A DNA stretch of 60,000 nucleotides, counting the filler, from Hausera hauseri (taxonomy: Eukaryota), in NCBI GenBank assembly GCA_046269625.1. It is 13 parts of 13 records of this genome, joined end to end, with 100 filler letters (N's around TTAATTAATTAA, not from the genome) between each part and the next. Parts side by side here need not be neighbours in the genome. Positions count along the whole stretch, not along the records: positions 12,989 to 18,285 come from JBJURY010286836.1; positions 18,386 to 23,255 come from JBJURY010408922.1; positions 23,356 to 27,807 come from JBJURY010574227.1; 10 more parts are not named here. The stretch is one strand, 5' to 3'. This document shows positions 12,889 to 24,125 of this stretch, piece after piece; the stretch's first letter is position 1; each line of letters opens with the position of its first letter. Position numbers and translations under genes: made by a program. The notes under the pieces were generated by a model. That model had not been told where the DNA came from and did not search any database. It saw nothing but the letters and a program-made list of their open reading frames with translations.

Positions 12889-12988
12889 NNNNNNNNNNNN
12901 NNNNNNNNNNNNNNNNNNNNNNNNNNNNNNNNTTAATTAATTAANNNNNNNNNNNNNNNNNNNNNNNNNNNNNNNNNNNNNNNNNNNN

Positions 12989-13131
12989 GGTGATACGCCA
13001 TTACATTTGGCAGTTCTAAAATCTGAAAGTAAATCAGTCCGATGTCTGTTAAATGCTAATGCCGATATTACTAAATTAAACAATAAACAGTTCAACTCTT
13101 ATCATTTGGCAGCATTGAGAGGCAATGAAAG
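12989..13131 (+). CDS. Exon of an ankyrin-repeat gene, Mind bomb-like
   Basis: GDTPLHLAVLKSESKSVRCLLNANADITKLNNKQFNSYHLAALRGNE, followed by a GTAATT donor. Resembles MIB1 GDTPLH...[23 protein letters not shown]. Confidence 0.7.
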
Positions 13132-13465
13132 GTAATTTTTGAATCATATTAAATTGACATCTGTATGTAGGTATTTAATTTATACCTGTAAAATAATTTA
13201 ACAAAACAAAGATCTGTATTTTAAATAGTAAAACAGTAGTTATAAATATTTTTGTACATTGTGAAGATATTAAAAACAATGTTCTGCATGTTTGTTCATG
13301 GCCTTTGTCATGTTAACATATTAATTTCCCTGAAACATCTGCTTTCGTTTTGATGACAATTCTTAATGGAATAACAGTTGATATAATAAACCTTTGATTA
13401 TGAAAATATTTGGAATTGAAAGTAAATAACTAGACATTCTAGACTTTTAGTCCCGTATTCATACG

Positions 13466-14863
13466 TAGAAGAGTGCTGGGTTCTCCTAAATTTTATAAGC
13501 CCAATGTGCGACCGCGGAGTCTGAGAATTTGGCTACTACATATTGGTCCATTTCATCGAGATGAATTGAATGATGCCTGATTGTTTGGATCTTGATACTT
13601 TCGACGAGAAAGATGGTAATTAGGGACCTCGACGAAATCACGCTTTACGTCTGTGCTAGATACACTTCTCTGATTGGTCAGAAAACCAGTTTTCCCCACC
13701 TGATTAGCTATTCTGAACATTTCATTAAAAATTTCGGATGACCCCCCCTCCCGACCGAAAAGGAGATCGGGCAATGGACTTTGGACCAGGTGATATCGAT
13801 AGCTCGTGACGAGGTGAGCAAAAGTTAATAAAGGTGGGTTATTCGAAAAATGTAATGGATAGGCGCTAGAAGAAGCAAAACAGGAAATGCTCCACGTGTA
13901 AGACGAAGCATGTAGCTAGCACTGAGAAAATGTGTACAAGGGGTAAATCGATATTGGCGATTGCAATGGACACTATTGCAAGTCGGTCAGACCATGGGAA
14001 CATAGGGAAAAATCGATGGGAAATTTTTAAAGGGGTAAAATTTCCCCATGTTCAAGTCTGCCGGTGATGGCAATTGGTACAATACTTTGCTCATAAGCTG
14101 GGAGAAATTTCATATTATATCCACCTCACAATCACACCAATGGTTTGGGGTAAAAAATTCAATCGAACGAACGAACTCATTGTTAAAAGTCAAAATTATC
14201 ATTATCGAAATGTAGAAGTGTTCTCTCCATCCCCGATCCCAAAAAGTGCTGAGATGGACCTGAAACCTAGTTTTCCCTACCTATCTCACAATATTGCGCA
14301 TTTCATGTTTTGTGGTCGGAGACCCCCTAGCAGGAAGCACATGTCATATGTCGCACATGTCACCGATGGAAATCGGTAGAGCTCGATAATTAGAGAAAAA
14401 TTTTATAGCGCGGCGAGAGTCCAAAATTTTACTAGGCGACGCTAGAAGCAAAAGAAGCAAAACAGGAAATATTTTATGAGAAACAAGACACGAGTTACGA
14501 ATTGCGCAGTATTTGGTGCAAATGCTAAATCAATGTCGGGGAATCGAATACGCACAATTTCAACGTTGTCTGACCATGGGAACATGGGGAAAAATTGACG
14601 GGAAATTTTCAAACTGTAAAAATTTTCCATTGTTCAAGTCTGGTGGCTGTGGAAATGGGTTGAGCACGTAGCCCATCAATAGTTGAGCATTTCATATTAT
14701 AGCCGCCTCACGATCAGATCAATGGATCAGGGTGCAAAATGTGCAACCGGACGAACGAAAACCCGCATTGTTAAAAAGTAAAAATCATCATCATCGTTCG
14801 TTCGATTTTTAAAAAGTGTGAATTTTATTTTGTATGACGAACTTATAATCCAGTACTACTACT
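13466..14863. repeat. Non-coding block with two diverged tandem units of about 570 bp and a Polinton-type terminus
   Basis: 13860-14210 and 14435-14800 share GCTAGAAG..AAGCAAAACAGGAAAT, GACCATGGGAACAT, GTTCAAGTCTG and ACGAACGAA..CATTGTTAAAA. The block ends ...AGTACTACTACT at 14863 (Polinton ends are AGT/ACT repeats). Confidence 0.5.
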
Positions 14864-14949
14864 CAAAAGGAGAATGATTGTCACATTATTATTTCTCAAG
14901 ATATGTTCGTTCTTTGGTACACAAAACAACAGCAATAAAATAATACACG

Positions 14950-15310
14950 TCACAAAAGTGATTGTAATGCAAGCCACAATAAGCAATAAGGTCCAAACAG
15001 TTTAGTCATTCGATGTTGACAATGAACTCGATTATATTCAACACAGTAGAATGATTGCTGTTCAATTTGAGAAACCAATGATGACGGATAGTAAAATCCG
15101 AGCGGATCGAATACTCTGACGACGTTGGTCGGATGGTGGACGTACACTGAAATCCTGTTCGCCCGGCAACAACGAAGTGCGTTTAGTGATAATAAAACCA
15201 CCAGTTTGTCGTAAATCACGCGGCACACAGTTCAGTGGAAAAACGCCACGAAATTTCACGCCCAAGAGCGGTTTTCATACTGACTGAGCTCGGTGGAGCT
15301 AAATGTGAAT
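14950..15310 (-). pseudogene. Polinton adenain-like cysteine protease, disrupted
   Basis: FRGVFP, LPG, VFDPLG and Q....KLFGPYCL pieces in shifting frames (consensus CG.YC; the catalytic Cys reads Phe). Lies directly downstream of the major capsid gene. Confidence 0.75.
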
Positions 15311-15391
15311 TAAGTATAATAGTAACCGTAATAAATTACTTAATAATAGAACGACGACGAAGAAGAAAAGGTGAAACACAGCGGATTTTAT

Positions 15392-16628
15392 TTATACAAT
15401 GACAGTTCCGTTTTTCGTTATTTCAACCTCGGCATCAAATACACCGTAAATGTACATCACGGTAGATTGATCCAACGCTTTAGCAAAGTGAACTTCGAGT
15501 CGTAGGTTTCCCTGCTGAGGTATCTGCGTCTGCCCAATGTCATAGTCCGGAGCCAGAACAAAGGTAAAGAACGAGTAGGTGGACTTGAACAAATCCATCG
15601 ATACGCCATTGTTGACATTTTTGTTCAGCAAACCCATGTTGCGCAAGATAGATTGCATATATGTGCAAACAAAATCATTAGACTCAAAGTCTTGTTTGTA
15701 CCACTCCACGAAATCTTCATTCCGGCTCAAACTGATATAATTCACATTGATATGTGTAAATGTTTCCGAATCAGCAGTTTAACTGCCCGTTTGTTAAACA
15801 GTCGTTTGAAATGTAACGAGCACAAATTTCAGCAATCGCATATCGCCAAACAGAACGTCCTTGTAAAACGTTGTCGAACTTTTGGGTATGGTATAAAACA
15901 CGAGTTCTGTGCATTGTATCGGGTACCAGGCATTTTGTGTTTCCAAGCCCAATCGATGTCCCATGAGCACAGATTGTGCTACGTTTACTCAACGTACGTA
16001 TAATCGTGCCTCGGTAATTTTCAGTATGGGTTTGGGATTTTCCATGGCGGTTTTCTAACAAAAGACATTGTCGCTTCATTTGAGCCGAATCATGGCTTTA
16101 AAACGGGGCAGTAGGTATTTCGGCTGATCGAAAAAGTCAAAGTACAGCGGTCCACACAGTGTAAGCGACTTTCATTCTGCCACCCATGCCTGACGGTTTG
16201 CAGCTGTGGCACCGTATCCAATGGTTTTCGTCAAATGAGTCGTTTTCGTGTCTGCGCTGTAATTCAGAGCCGTTTCAATGAGTGTTTTCATACTGTATAG
16301 ACTGGTGCTGTCTTTAATTTTCACACTGTTCAGAGTCAGTAATGTCTCCTGGAACAGTGTGCGGAAAAATTAATTGGCCTGTGTGACAGTGTCTGTTGCA
16401 GCGAGAACCGTTAACGAATCCTTTTTAACAATGACTTTTGCATAGAGTAGCGTATCGTTGAAATCCAGGTATTCATTGTCCGATGCCATACTGTTGAATT
16501 GAATGTTGATGTGATCGTCCGTTGAAACCGAATCAACGGGGTAGATTTTCTCAAATGCCGCAATTGTCAATAACAACTTGTGGCGCCGCTTTGTCAAATA
16601 TGCACAAATCAGATTTTGCAGATGCCAT
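15392..16628 (-). pseudogene. Polinton/adintovirus major capsid protein, second copy, disrupted
   Basis: Collinear with 3335-4547 (MASAKSD...EYLDFNDTLLYAKV...QGNLRLEVHFAKAL...ITKNGTVIV), with different lesions. Confidence 0.88.
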
Positions 16629-16651
16629 TTGACTGTCTGTCAATCAATCAA

Positions 16652-17018
16652 TCAATCGCAAATCGTACGACGACGACGTTTGTTTATTGCTCATGAGCTC
16701 GATGATGCTCTACGGCGTTTTCTCATCTTCAAGTCACTGCCAGAAATTTGTTTTTTGACCGATTCAACGACTTCCCGTGCAGCGCTTTTTATTTTGGACA
16801 AGGCATGTTCCTTCAATGATGGCAAAAATCGATTTGTTTTCATATAGTACGGCCTGTGCCGTTTTTGCTGCTACGGCACCGATACGCTTCAACATCAGAA
16901 ATGCTAAGCGTGCCAATGTACACAACCATCCAGAGGCATACTGTGTACCAACGAAATACGGCAGTTCGCAGCCCTGCTGGGGTTTACTGTAAATGGAAAC
17001 GATTTCAGAATCAATCAT
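16652..17018 (-). pseudogene. Polinton small basic core-like protein, second copy, frameshifted
   Basis: MIDSEIVSIYSKPQQG..LPYFVGTQY; paralogous to 2965-3330. Confidence 0.75.
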
Positions 17019-17025
17019 ATTGTTG

Positions 17026-18110
17026 TTATTGGATTCGACGGAAATGAAGCGTTAGACTGGTTGTGGTACCGTACGGAAATCCAATAAGGTAGCCCGCATC
17101 ATATCGGATATTCACTTCAACATTGTTTGTAGATGTAGATGCCACGGGTAGGTACATTGGATTATCGAGCTTGACAGTTACATTTTCGCCGGCAGCATAC
17201 TTGCTGCTTTCCGGATAAATTGCTCGGAGTAGCGGTACGCGTACTCCACCGACCAAAATCGGTTCGGTGACGTTCATGTAAATGTACATTTGACTTAGTT
17301 CCGTTTTCAGTTTGGGTTTGAGTGTTGCAACATTTGCCACCGCCGCCCCTGTCTTCGTATATGGTGTCTCAAACCGCTGTTTTTCAAAACCCAATACCAT
17401 GGCCAAAGCTTTGTCCAATGAAATGTCGACAATATCCTTAACTAGTTCAAATTTAACGTACCCATCTGCATCTGACTCGAAAACTTTAAATATCGCCTTG
17501 TACTTTTTATTTGAAGAAGAAAAGTGTTGACAGAGCTGTGCTACAGATTCACAATAGACATTGTCTCCAGTCGATAGATATAACGTTGACCCCCTTCCTC
17601 TTGTATAGGTAAATTTCACCGTTGTCTGGTAATATACGGGTGTTAATCTTGGAGCAACTATATTTTTACTTTTAATAAAATTGCCTTTGTACTCTATATT
17701 TGTGAATCCAAATTTTTGCGCCATCTCAGTGGACTCAAATGCAACAGTAAATTCAAAATTTGCCATAAAACTAAGTTTTCCCATGAAATATAAACACCGA
17801 TTTTGCCGTGTGAACCGGAACCTGTTTCGGTCGTGCAAATGGCCGATTCTCCAACAGTTGTTTTATTGTTAGTAAGTGTCAGAGGATAAGAATGTGCTTT
17901 GGTTTCAGTAACAGGCTTGTTGTACGTTATTTTCATACTACCTTTCAATGAAACCGGTGTGTAGGAAAAGTTAAATTCCGTCACTGCAACCTCCCACTTT
18001 CCAGCAGATAAATCCAACGGATTGTTCCGATCTACAACGTTTCAACTAGCGAAATTGCTCGGACGAGTCGTCGGACAACTGTTGCTCGGCAACACTACGT
18101 AAACACTCAT
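17026..18110 (-). pseudogene. Polinton/adintovirus minor capsid (penton, PX), full length, disrupted
   Basis: Starts MSVYVVLPSNSCP...LDLSAGKWEVAVTEF (LPSN and G.WEV motifs); ends MYIYMNVTEPILVGGVRVPLLRAI...TSLTLHFRRIQ. Confidence 0.88.
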
Positions 18111-18825
18111 TATCTCAATGATGATGATGATGATCGTGATGACGCAGTTTGTTTATTATCGACGTTGACGACGTCGAAAATGTAATGTGAAATGTGTCGT
18201 TGACCCGAACAGAAATTTAATGGGTTCCCATAATTCATCATGCATATACACGGAAATACTGTGCACAATATTATGAGACAGTGATNNNNNNNNNNNNNNN
18301 NNNNNNNNNNNNNNNNNNNNNNNNNNNNNTTAATTAATTAANNNNNNNNNNNNNNNNNNNNNNNNNNNNNNNNNNNNNNNNNNNNGATTTGTATATAAAA
18401 AATTTTATTAAGGCAGGTGTTTAAATATTGGTATGCAGAAGCGGTGTAAAAAATTTGAATTTGAATAAAAGTTATGAACGTTTTATGTTGGTAACAAACC
18501 TATTTTGTGTATAAAAAGTTTTCTTTGCTGTGTAATTATGTTGCTTTATTCTAATCACTTAATGAGTTACAATGGTGTTAGTTTACAAGCTGGAATTGTG
18601 AATGATATTATATTGAATGCTTTAATAATGGGAGTTGGTAATTCGAACAATTCATCGACAACATTAGATCCAAAGTCTGCGAAACATCTTGGAAAATTGA
18701 CAGTTAATTCTTCACCAAACGACCAGTCTGTTCCTTATGACTATACATCATTGCGAACTCCCGTGCCATCGATTTGTTCAACTGATCTTGATGATGTGCC
18801 GTGCACCAGAAATTTATCCGGTGGA

Positions 18826-20446
18826 GGAAACAAAAATTTTTACAGTTGTGTTGTGCAAAGCAGTTCAGAATGAAGAGAAGAAGAAAGTGAAGGAGGGATA
18901 GAGATTGTTGGAGACGGACGGTTGAAGGTATTCAAGAAAGTGTTAAAAGACAAAAAACTGACAAATGATGTAGTGGTGGATGAAAGAGGAGAGACGAAAA
19001 TTGGAGTAGAAATTGAAATTGTATTAGGTGAAAGAGTAGAAGTAGAAAATGAAACAGAGGTAGTGGTAGAGATAGGAAGAGAGACAGGAATAAAAGAAAG
19101 TGTGGAAAATGATGAAGCAGAACTAGAAGCAGAAGTAGGAGGTTGAATAAGTGTAGCAACAGATATAGGAGCAGCAGGAAGTGTAGAAGTGAGAAAAGAG
19201 GTCGACGTGTCGATTGATGAAGTGTCATCGACAAAAGGCGGGCTTTAATTAGTAATATGCACTGTAAGTTCTTTGCCGCCTTTAGAAATAATAGCGTTGT
19301 GCGAATGCAGCTGTACCAATTTATAGGGCCCCAGATACCGCGGTTGGAAACCGCACGGCGTTTGATTTTTCAGCCATACGAATTTTGCCGAATAATAGTC
19401 TTCGGGTAAATATGTTTTGTCATTGTGAAGTAACCTGCACAATAAATCTTTGCTGACCGTAACGAAGTGACTTTGCGCCGCCCGTATTGTTTCATCTGTA
19501 GGAGTGTCGTCTAGGGCAGTTAGTTTGAATAAGGATCTTACAGGAGTTCCGAATAAGGCTTCAGTAGGTGAGCATCCTGTAGAGGTAGGCTGAGTGTTCC
19601 GCCAGCCAAGCAGAACAAACGGAAGAAGATTCGTCCCACTAGTGTTGGACTCTGCAAGAATTCTTAGTGGCGTTTTCAATATTCGATTAAAACGTTCTAA
19701 AAGGCCATTCGATTGGGATGATAAGGCGTAGTATGTATGTGGTGGATCCCCAATTGGATAATAAAGGATTTGAACAGGTTTGATTCAAACTGTGGACCCT
19801 GGTCCGTGGTGATTAAGCGAGGTGATCCAAATCTGCTAATCCATGTACGGATGAAAACGTTAGATATGGTGTCGGTATTTATGCTCCGCAGAAGGATGGC
19901 TTCTGGCCATCTCGAGGAACGGTCCATCATGGTGAGAATAAATTGATGACTGTTGTCGGGAGGAAGAGGGCCAACGATGTCAATATGCACGGATTTGAAA
20001 CGCGATGTGCAGGGAAAGTGAAAGAGTGGTGGCTTTAAATGCTTAGTTGTTTTGTATCTTTGGCAAGCCGCACACTCCTTAACCTATTCCTGCACTTCGT
20101 AACGCATTGACGGCCAAATTATTTGTCGGTGGAGTAAAGGAAAGTGACTTTAGCATCAGGGTGGTGTAGTAAATGTACACTGTTGAATGCTTGCCTTTGC
20201 AAAGGTGGTGCAAAAATTATTACGGAATGACCTGGTTTAAAAGTGTTTAAAGTCACGTCGTCAATAATTGTGAAAGACTTGAAAGAATTAAGCACGTCCT
20301 GAGGTTGCTGGTTCTGTTGAAGTTGAGCTTGCGTAAAAAGCGGTGAAAAATTAATCGAACTAACCGACTTATATAAAAAATCGGCAACCAAATTATTAAC
20401 CCCATTTATATGTCTTATATCGAAGTTAAATATAGACAAACATGAT
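18826..20446 (-). mobile_element. Gypsy family A second copy: RNase H end plus integrase, truncated
   Basis: Collinear with 9460-11070 (HIDIVGPLP, DQGPQF, GFQPRYLGPYK, S/T/P-rich tail). Confidence 0.92.
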
Positions 20447-20559
20447 TGTGGTGCCCACAACGGCCAGTGCCCTTTGGCCCATTTGGTTGGACACGGCCGA
20501 GCGTCAGTTGCCGCCGCGTCGGGCCTATACTCGGGCCCGATCATCCGACTCGAGGATTC
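20447..20559 (+). repeat. Gypsy family A LTR 5' head (113 bp) inserted antisense into a family A pol
   Basis: TGTGGTGCCCACAACGGCC...CCGACTCGAGGATTC. The TG end abuts mid-pol sequence at 20446. Confidence 0.87.
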
Positions 20560-21830
20560 AAGCAGCGTAATGAAATCAATCAATGGACGACTTGCAACAA
20601 TAACACATACACCAACGAATATCAAACCAGATCCAGGACAATTATGTCAAAAGATGAAAATATTAAGTGTTCTGAACCCCTCCTTAAATCAGAGATGCAT
20701 CAAACCAAATTTCTCCTGTCAACAAAATTCGGAATATAGAATTTTATTTGAAACCACGAAGTTTGAAGTGTCGATTTCACAAGTCAGTCTTCAAATTTTA
20801 ATAGTTGTTTTACAATATACATATATATTCATACTGTTACTGTAAAATATTTATCACTTAATTACTGGCAATATTTCTATCAGTAAATCGATGTCTGATC
20901 ATTTCGACTTATTCAAGGATAAATTTCAAAAGATCCGATTTTTATTACCATTAGCTTATTTAACCGATGTTTTATCCGAAATTCAATCGTTCTTTGCCAG
21001 AAATATTTTTAATGAAGCGAAGACTAGAAGAACATTATTGAATATGTTTTATGGCTATAATCAAAGAAATACGGTTATAAATGTATTGGTTTTAATAGCA
21101 GATTTGGTAATATCAAAATCGAGTTTTTTTATTTTGGTTTATGTTTCATATGGTTTAGGAATCCAATGTTGGTGCAGCTTGTATGGAACTGTTTAATAAT
21201 GTAAAGAATCTAAAATTTTACGATGTAAATTTTATTGGTCTTTTAGGAAAATTACGAAATTTTCAAAGGATTCAATTATCGACAAAATTTGTCCTATTTT
21301 GACGATATTTGGAACTCAATTGAGGCAATTGATTATGAAAACTTTGAGTCACCGAATGTGGAGAGATTAAATTCGTTTGGCAATTCTTTGGAATATCAAA
21401 CCGACTCGAAAATGTTTGGTGCCAATCTGGAGTCGAAGGATACTATTGTTGATAATATAAATCCAAATTATTTAATTCAACTCAATGACTCAAAGAATCA
21501 ATCTTTGGAAAAATCACGGCTTTGAAGCCACAGTGACGCGGGACTTAGAGTAATAAAAGCGGACACCATTGTCGAAGATGTCGGTAGCAAAACTAATTTG
21601 CCTTCATCACACTCCGGATCTTGATCACCGAGCAGTGGCTTATCTCGTCATTCTATAGTTCAGATCAGGGAGAATTATGAAAAAGAAAAGTGTGATACAC
21701 CAATGGATGCTAAACAAAGAAAAGGGAAGTCGTCTGTAAAATTAGAATTTGCTAAAGAAATATCCGATGCTGAAACCAAGCAAAAAACGGAAGCAATATC
21801 GCCGGAGGAATTGCGAGCAAGCAGGCTATA
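20560..21830 (+). pseudogene. Unidentified degenerate host-like coding fragments following the LTR head
   Basis: Series of short plus-strand ORFs (20474-20845 part, 20891-21196, 21289-21525) on the same strand as the LTR head. No family recognised. Confidence 0.35.
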
Positions 21831-23355
21831 GTAGTGGCGGGTTACGTGGAATTTTGGTTTTGCTCGTATCAAAAACAATGAACAACCAATCACATAACAT
21901 TAATCCAAATGTTAGGGTCTCCTCATAAATCCTGTTAATAGTTACCCGAGCCGTTGACAACGACAATTGTATGATGACTTCCTTAATCATTTCATACTCG
22001 AGCAGTGACATTTTGAAATTTTAAGATAAACCTTACGATATATCGAAATATTCAGTGACATTTAATAACAATTGTATGAATTGTATGAACAAATGGCAAA
22101 TTTAAAATTGTGTATATTATTGTAAATTACCATTGTCCTTTGTATTTGTCGAATTTAGAATTGAATATACTATTTTAATTACTACTGTCCTTTTGTTATT
22201 GTGAACCCCTTTATGGGTGCCATTGATTTGCTATTTGCTTGTACAGGAATTGTTAATCCTATGAAGGCAACAAATAATTAATAAATAAAATTTTAACGAC
22301 ACAGAATCGACAGAAATTACACTGGATTTTCGTATATTCAAGAATCGATATCAAATGTAGATGAAAGTAAATAGATCATTACAAATTGTGGAAAACGAAA
22401 ATAACTGGATTGTTATAAACCATATATTGAGAAATGTGAATTAAAGAAAAACGTCATTAGCCATAAGGTAATTTCAATTTTCAATTTCGTTTAGCCATTA
22501 ACTAGTATTAAACCATAAGGCATTAATGGCGAGGTTAATATTAAAAAACACGGAATGCAGTATTGGAAATAGATAGCAGCTCAAAAGCACCGGTTAAACA
22601 ATATGCAAAACTGCGAAGGGTAATTATTGAAATCAATTAGGAAAATATAGGTGTGCTAGTATATAAACTAGCCACTAATAGCATAAACAACAACGAAGAC
22701 TAACATTTCTCAAAGCATTTTACCGTACAACTTTTCAGTACAAAATATAACCTTCCCTGTAGTACATTAAATTTATACTATAGAAGAGATTCTATGAATT
22801 ATTTCAGTTGGAATTGCAAAGATTGGTAATTATTATTATTATTATTTAGAAGTTGTATTACGGACCTCGACGTCGTTCAACTAATTTGTTTGCTACTCTG
22901 AGATACGGTTAATATAAATTGATAGATGGCTAGTAGAAGAGAAATGGGAGTTCTGGCACAAAACCCTATACCCCCTTTTAAATCGATGCGTTTAAACAAA
23001 AGTGAATTTTACGAATCGATGAACCGGCACTTATTTTTATTCCCCGATTGGGTGAATCCGTCAGTATATAGTATTCTGGATGGGGTGAATCCGAGTAGTA
23101 GGATGTGAGGAGTTCTCGTCACCCCCCCCCAAAAAGAAGAAAGCCAATAGGAAAAGAACACGTCATCGCGGGGAAGGGAAACTCACCAATAGGAGAGCAG
23201 TATTTGGTAGACAAAGGAATATCTGCCGCAGTCGTGGTTTCACTATTCTCACCCCNNNNNNNNNNNNNNNNNNNNNNNNNNNNNNNNNNNNNNNNNNNNT
23301 TAATTAATTAANNNNNNNNNNNNNNNNNNNNNNNNNNNNNNNNNNNNNNNNNNNN

Positions 23356-24013
23356 CAATTCCGGACAATTAGAGAATATATAGGTGCGACTCTCCACGAT
23401 CGACTACGAACAGATTGGGAAGAGATACTACCGGAGATAGAATTCACACTGAATGCGACAGTTAGGAAAACAACAGGAAAGAGCCCAATAGAAGTAATAT
23501 TTGGAAGAAGAATACATAGAGATAGATGACATGAACATGATAAGCCAACTGAATCAACAAAGAGCAACGACCCAGAAAGGATACCAATAAAAAGGGGTAT
23601 TACAGGTCGGAGAAAGCGTACTAATACTGAGGGAATGAGGAGCAAAAGATAAAGACAAATATGAAGCGCCATACGAAGTCATCGAGAGAAAACACGACCG
23701 ACGATATGTACTACAACACGCAGACGGCAGAATTCTGGAAAGAAATGTGGAGAAACTGCGAAAATTCTTAAATCAGGGGAACGTGAGGAGGAACTGAAAC
23801 GGATATTATTGTTTAAATTTAATTCAAAGGTAATTCAGTAAACAGTCAACAGAAAGTCAGGAAATTCAATAAAAAAGGAAAATAAGGCTCATTTCCCGAA
23901 TGAAGGAGATAAATGTTATATAAACTTTTATAATAAATATCCTATGGATAAATCAACCTTACAATCATCAAGTGATGTTGAGGTCGGGATGGTAGAGACG
24001 TGCTCTACTCACA
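23356..24013 (+). mobile_element. Gypsy family B integrase C-terminus, PPT and complete 3' LTR of about 232 bp (23782-24013)
   Basis: Paralogous to 33012-33621. Purine tract AGGGGAA then (C/T)GTGAGGAG...CTACTCACA. Ends about 110 bp upstream of the PolB start. Confidence 0.8.
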
Positions 24014-24125
24014 CCCTCAGTAACCAGTAGGAAACGTCAGGTCTCAACAAGCCTCGACGACTTAATTAGAAACAGTGCAGAGCAACAGCATCAACAACAA
24101 TAAATACAACAACAGGAGTAACAGG

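Noticed and set aside
2458-20559. LTR heads as CRISPR-like repeats with spacers
   Set aside because: Eukaryotic context, dispersed on different contigs, no array and no cas genes.
20119-20625. 168-aa ORF sharing PCPTKW.KGH..LWAP with ORF 2020-2853 as a conserved peptide
   Set aside because: The shared peptide is just the antisense translation of the LTR head.
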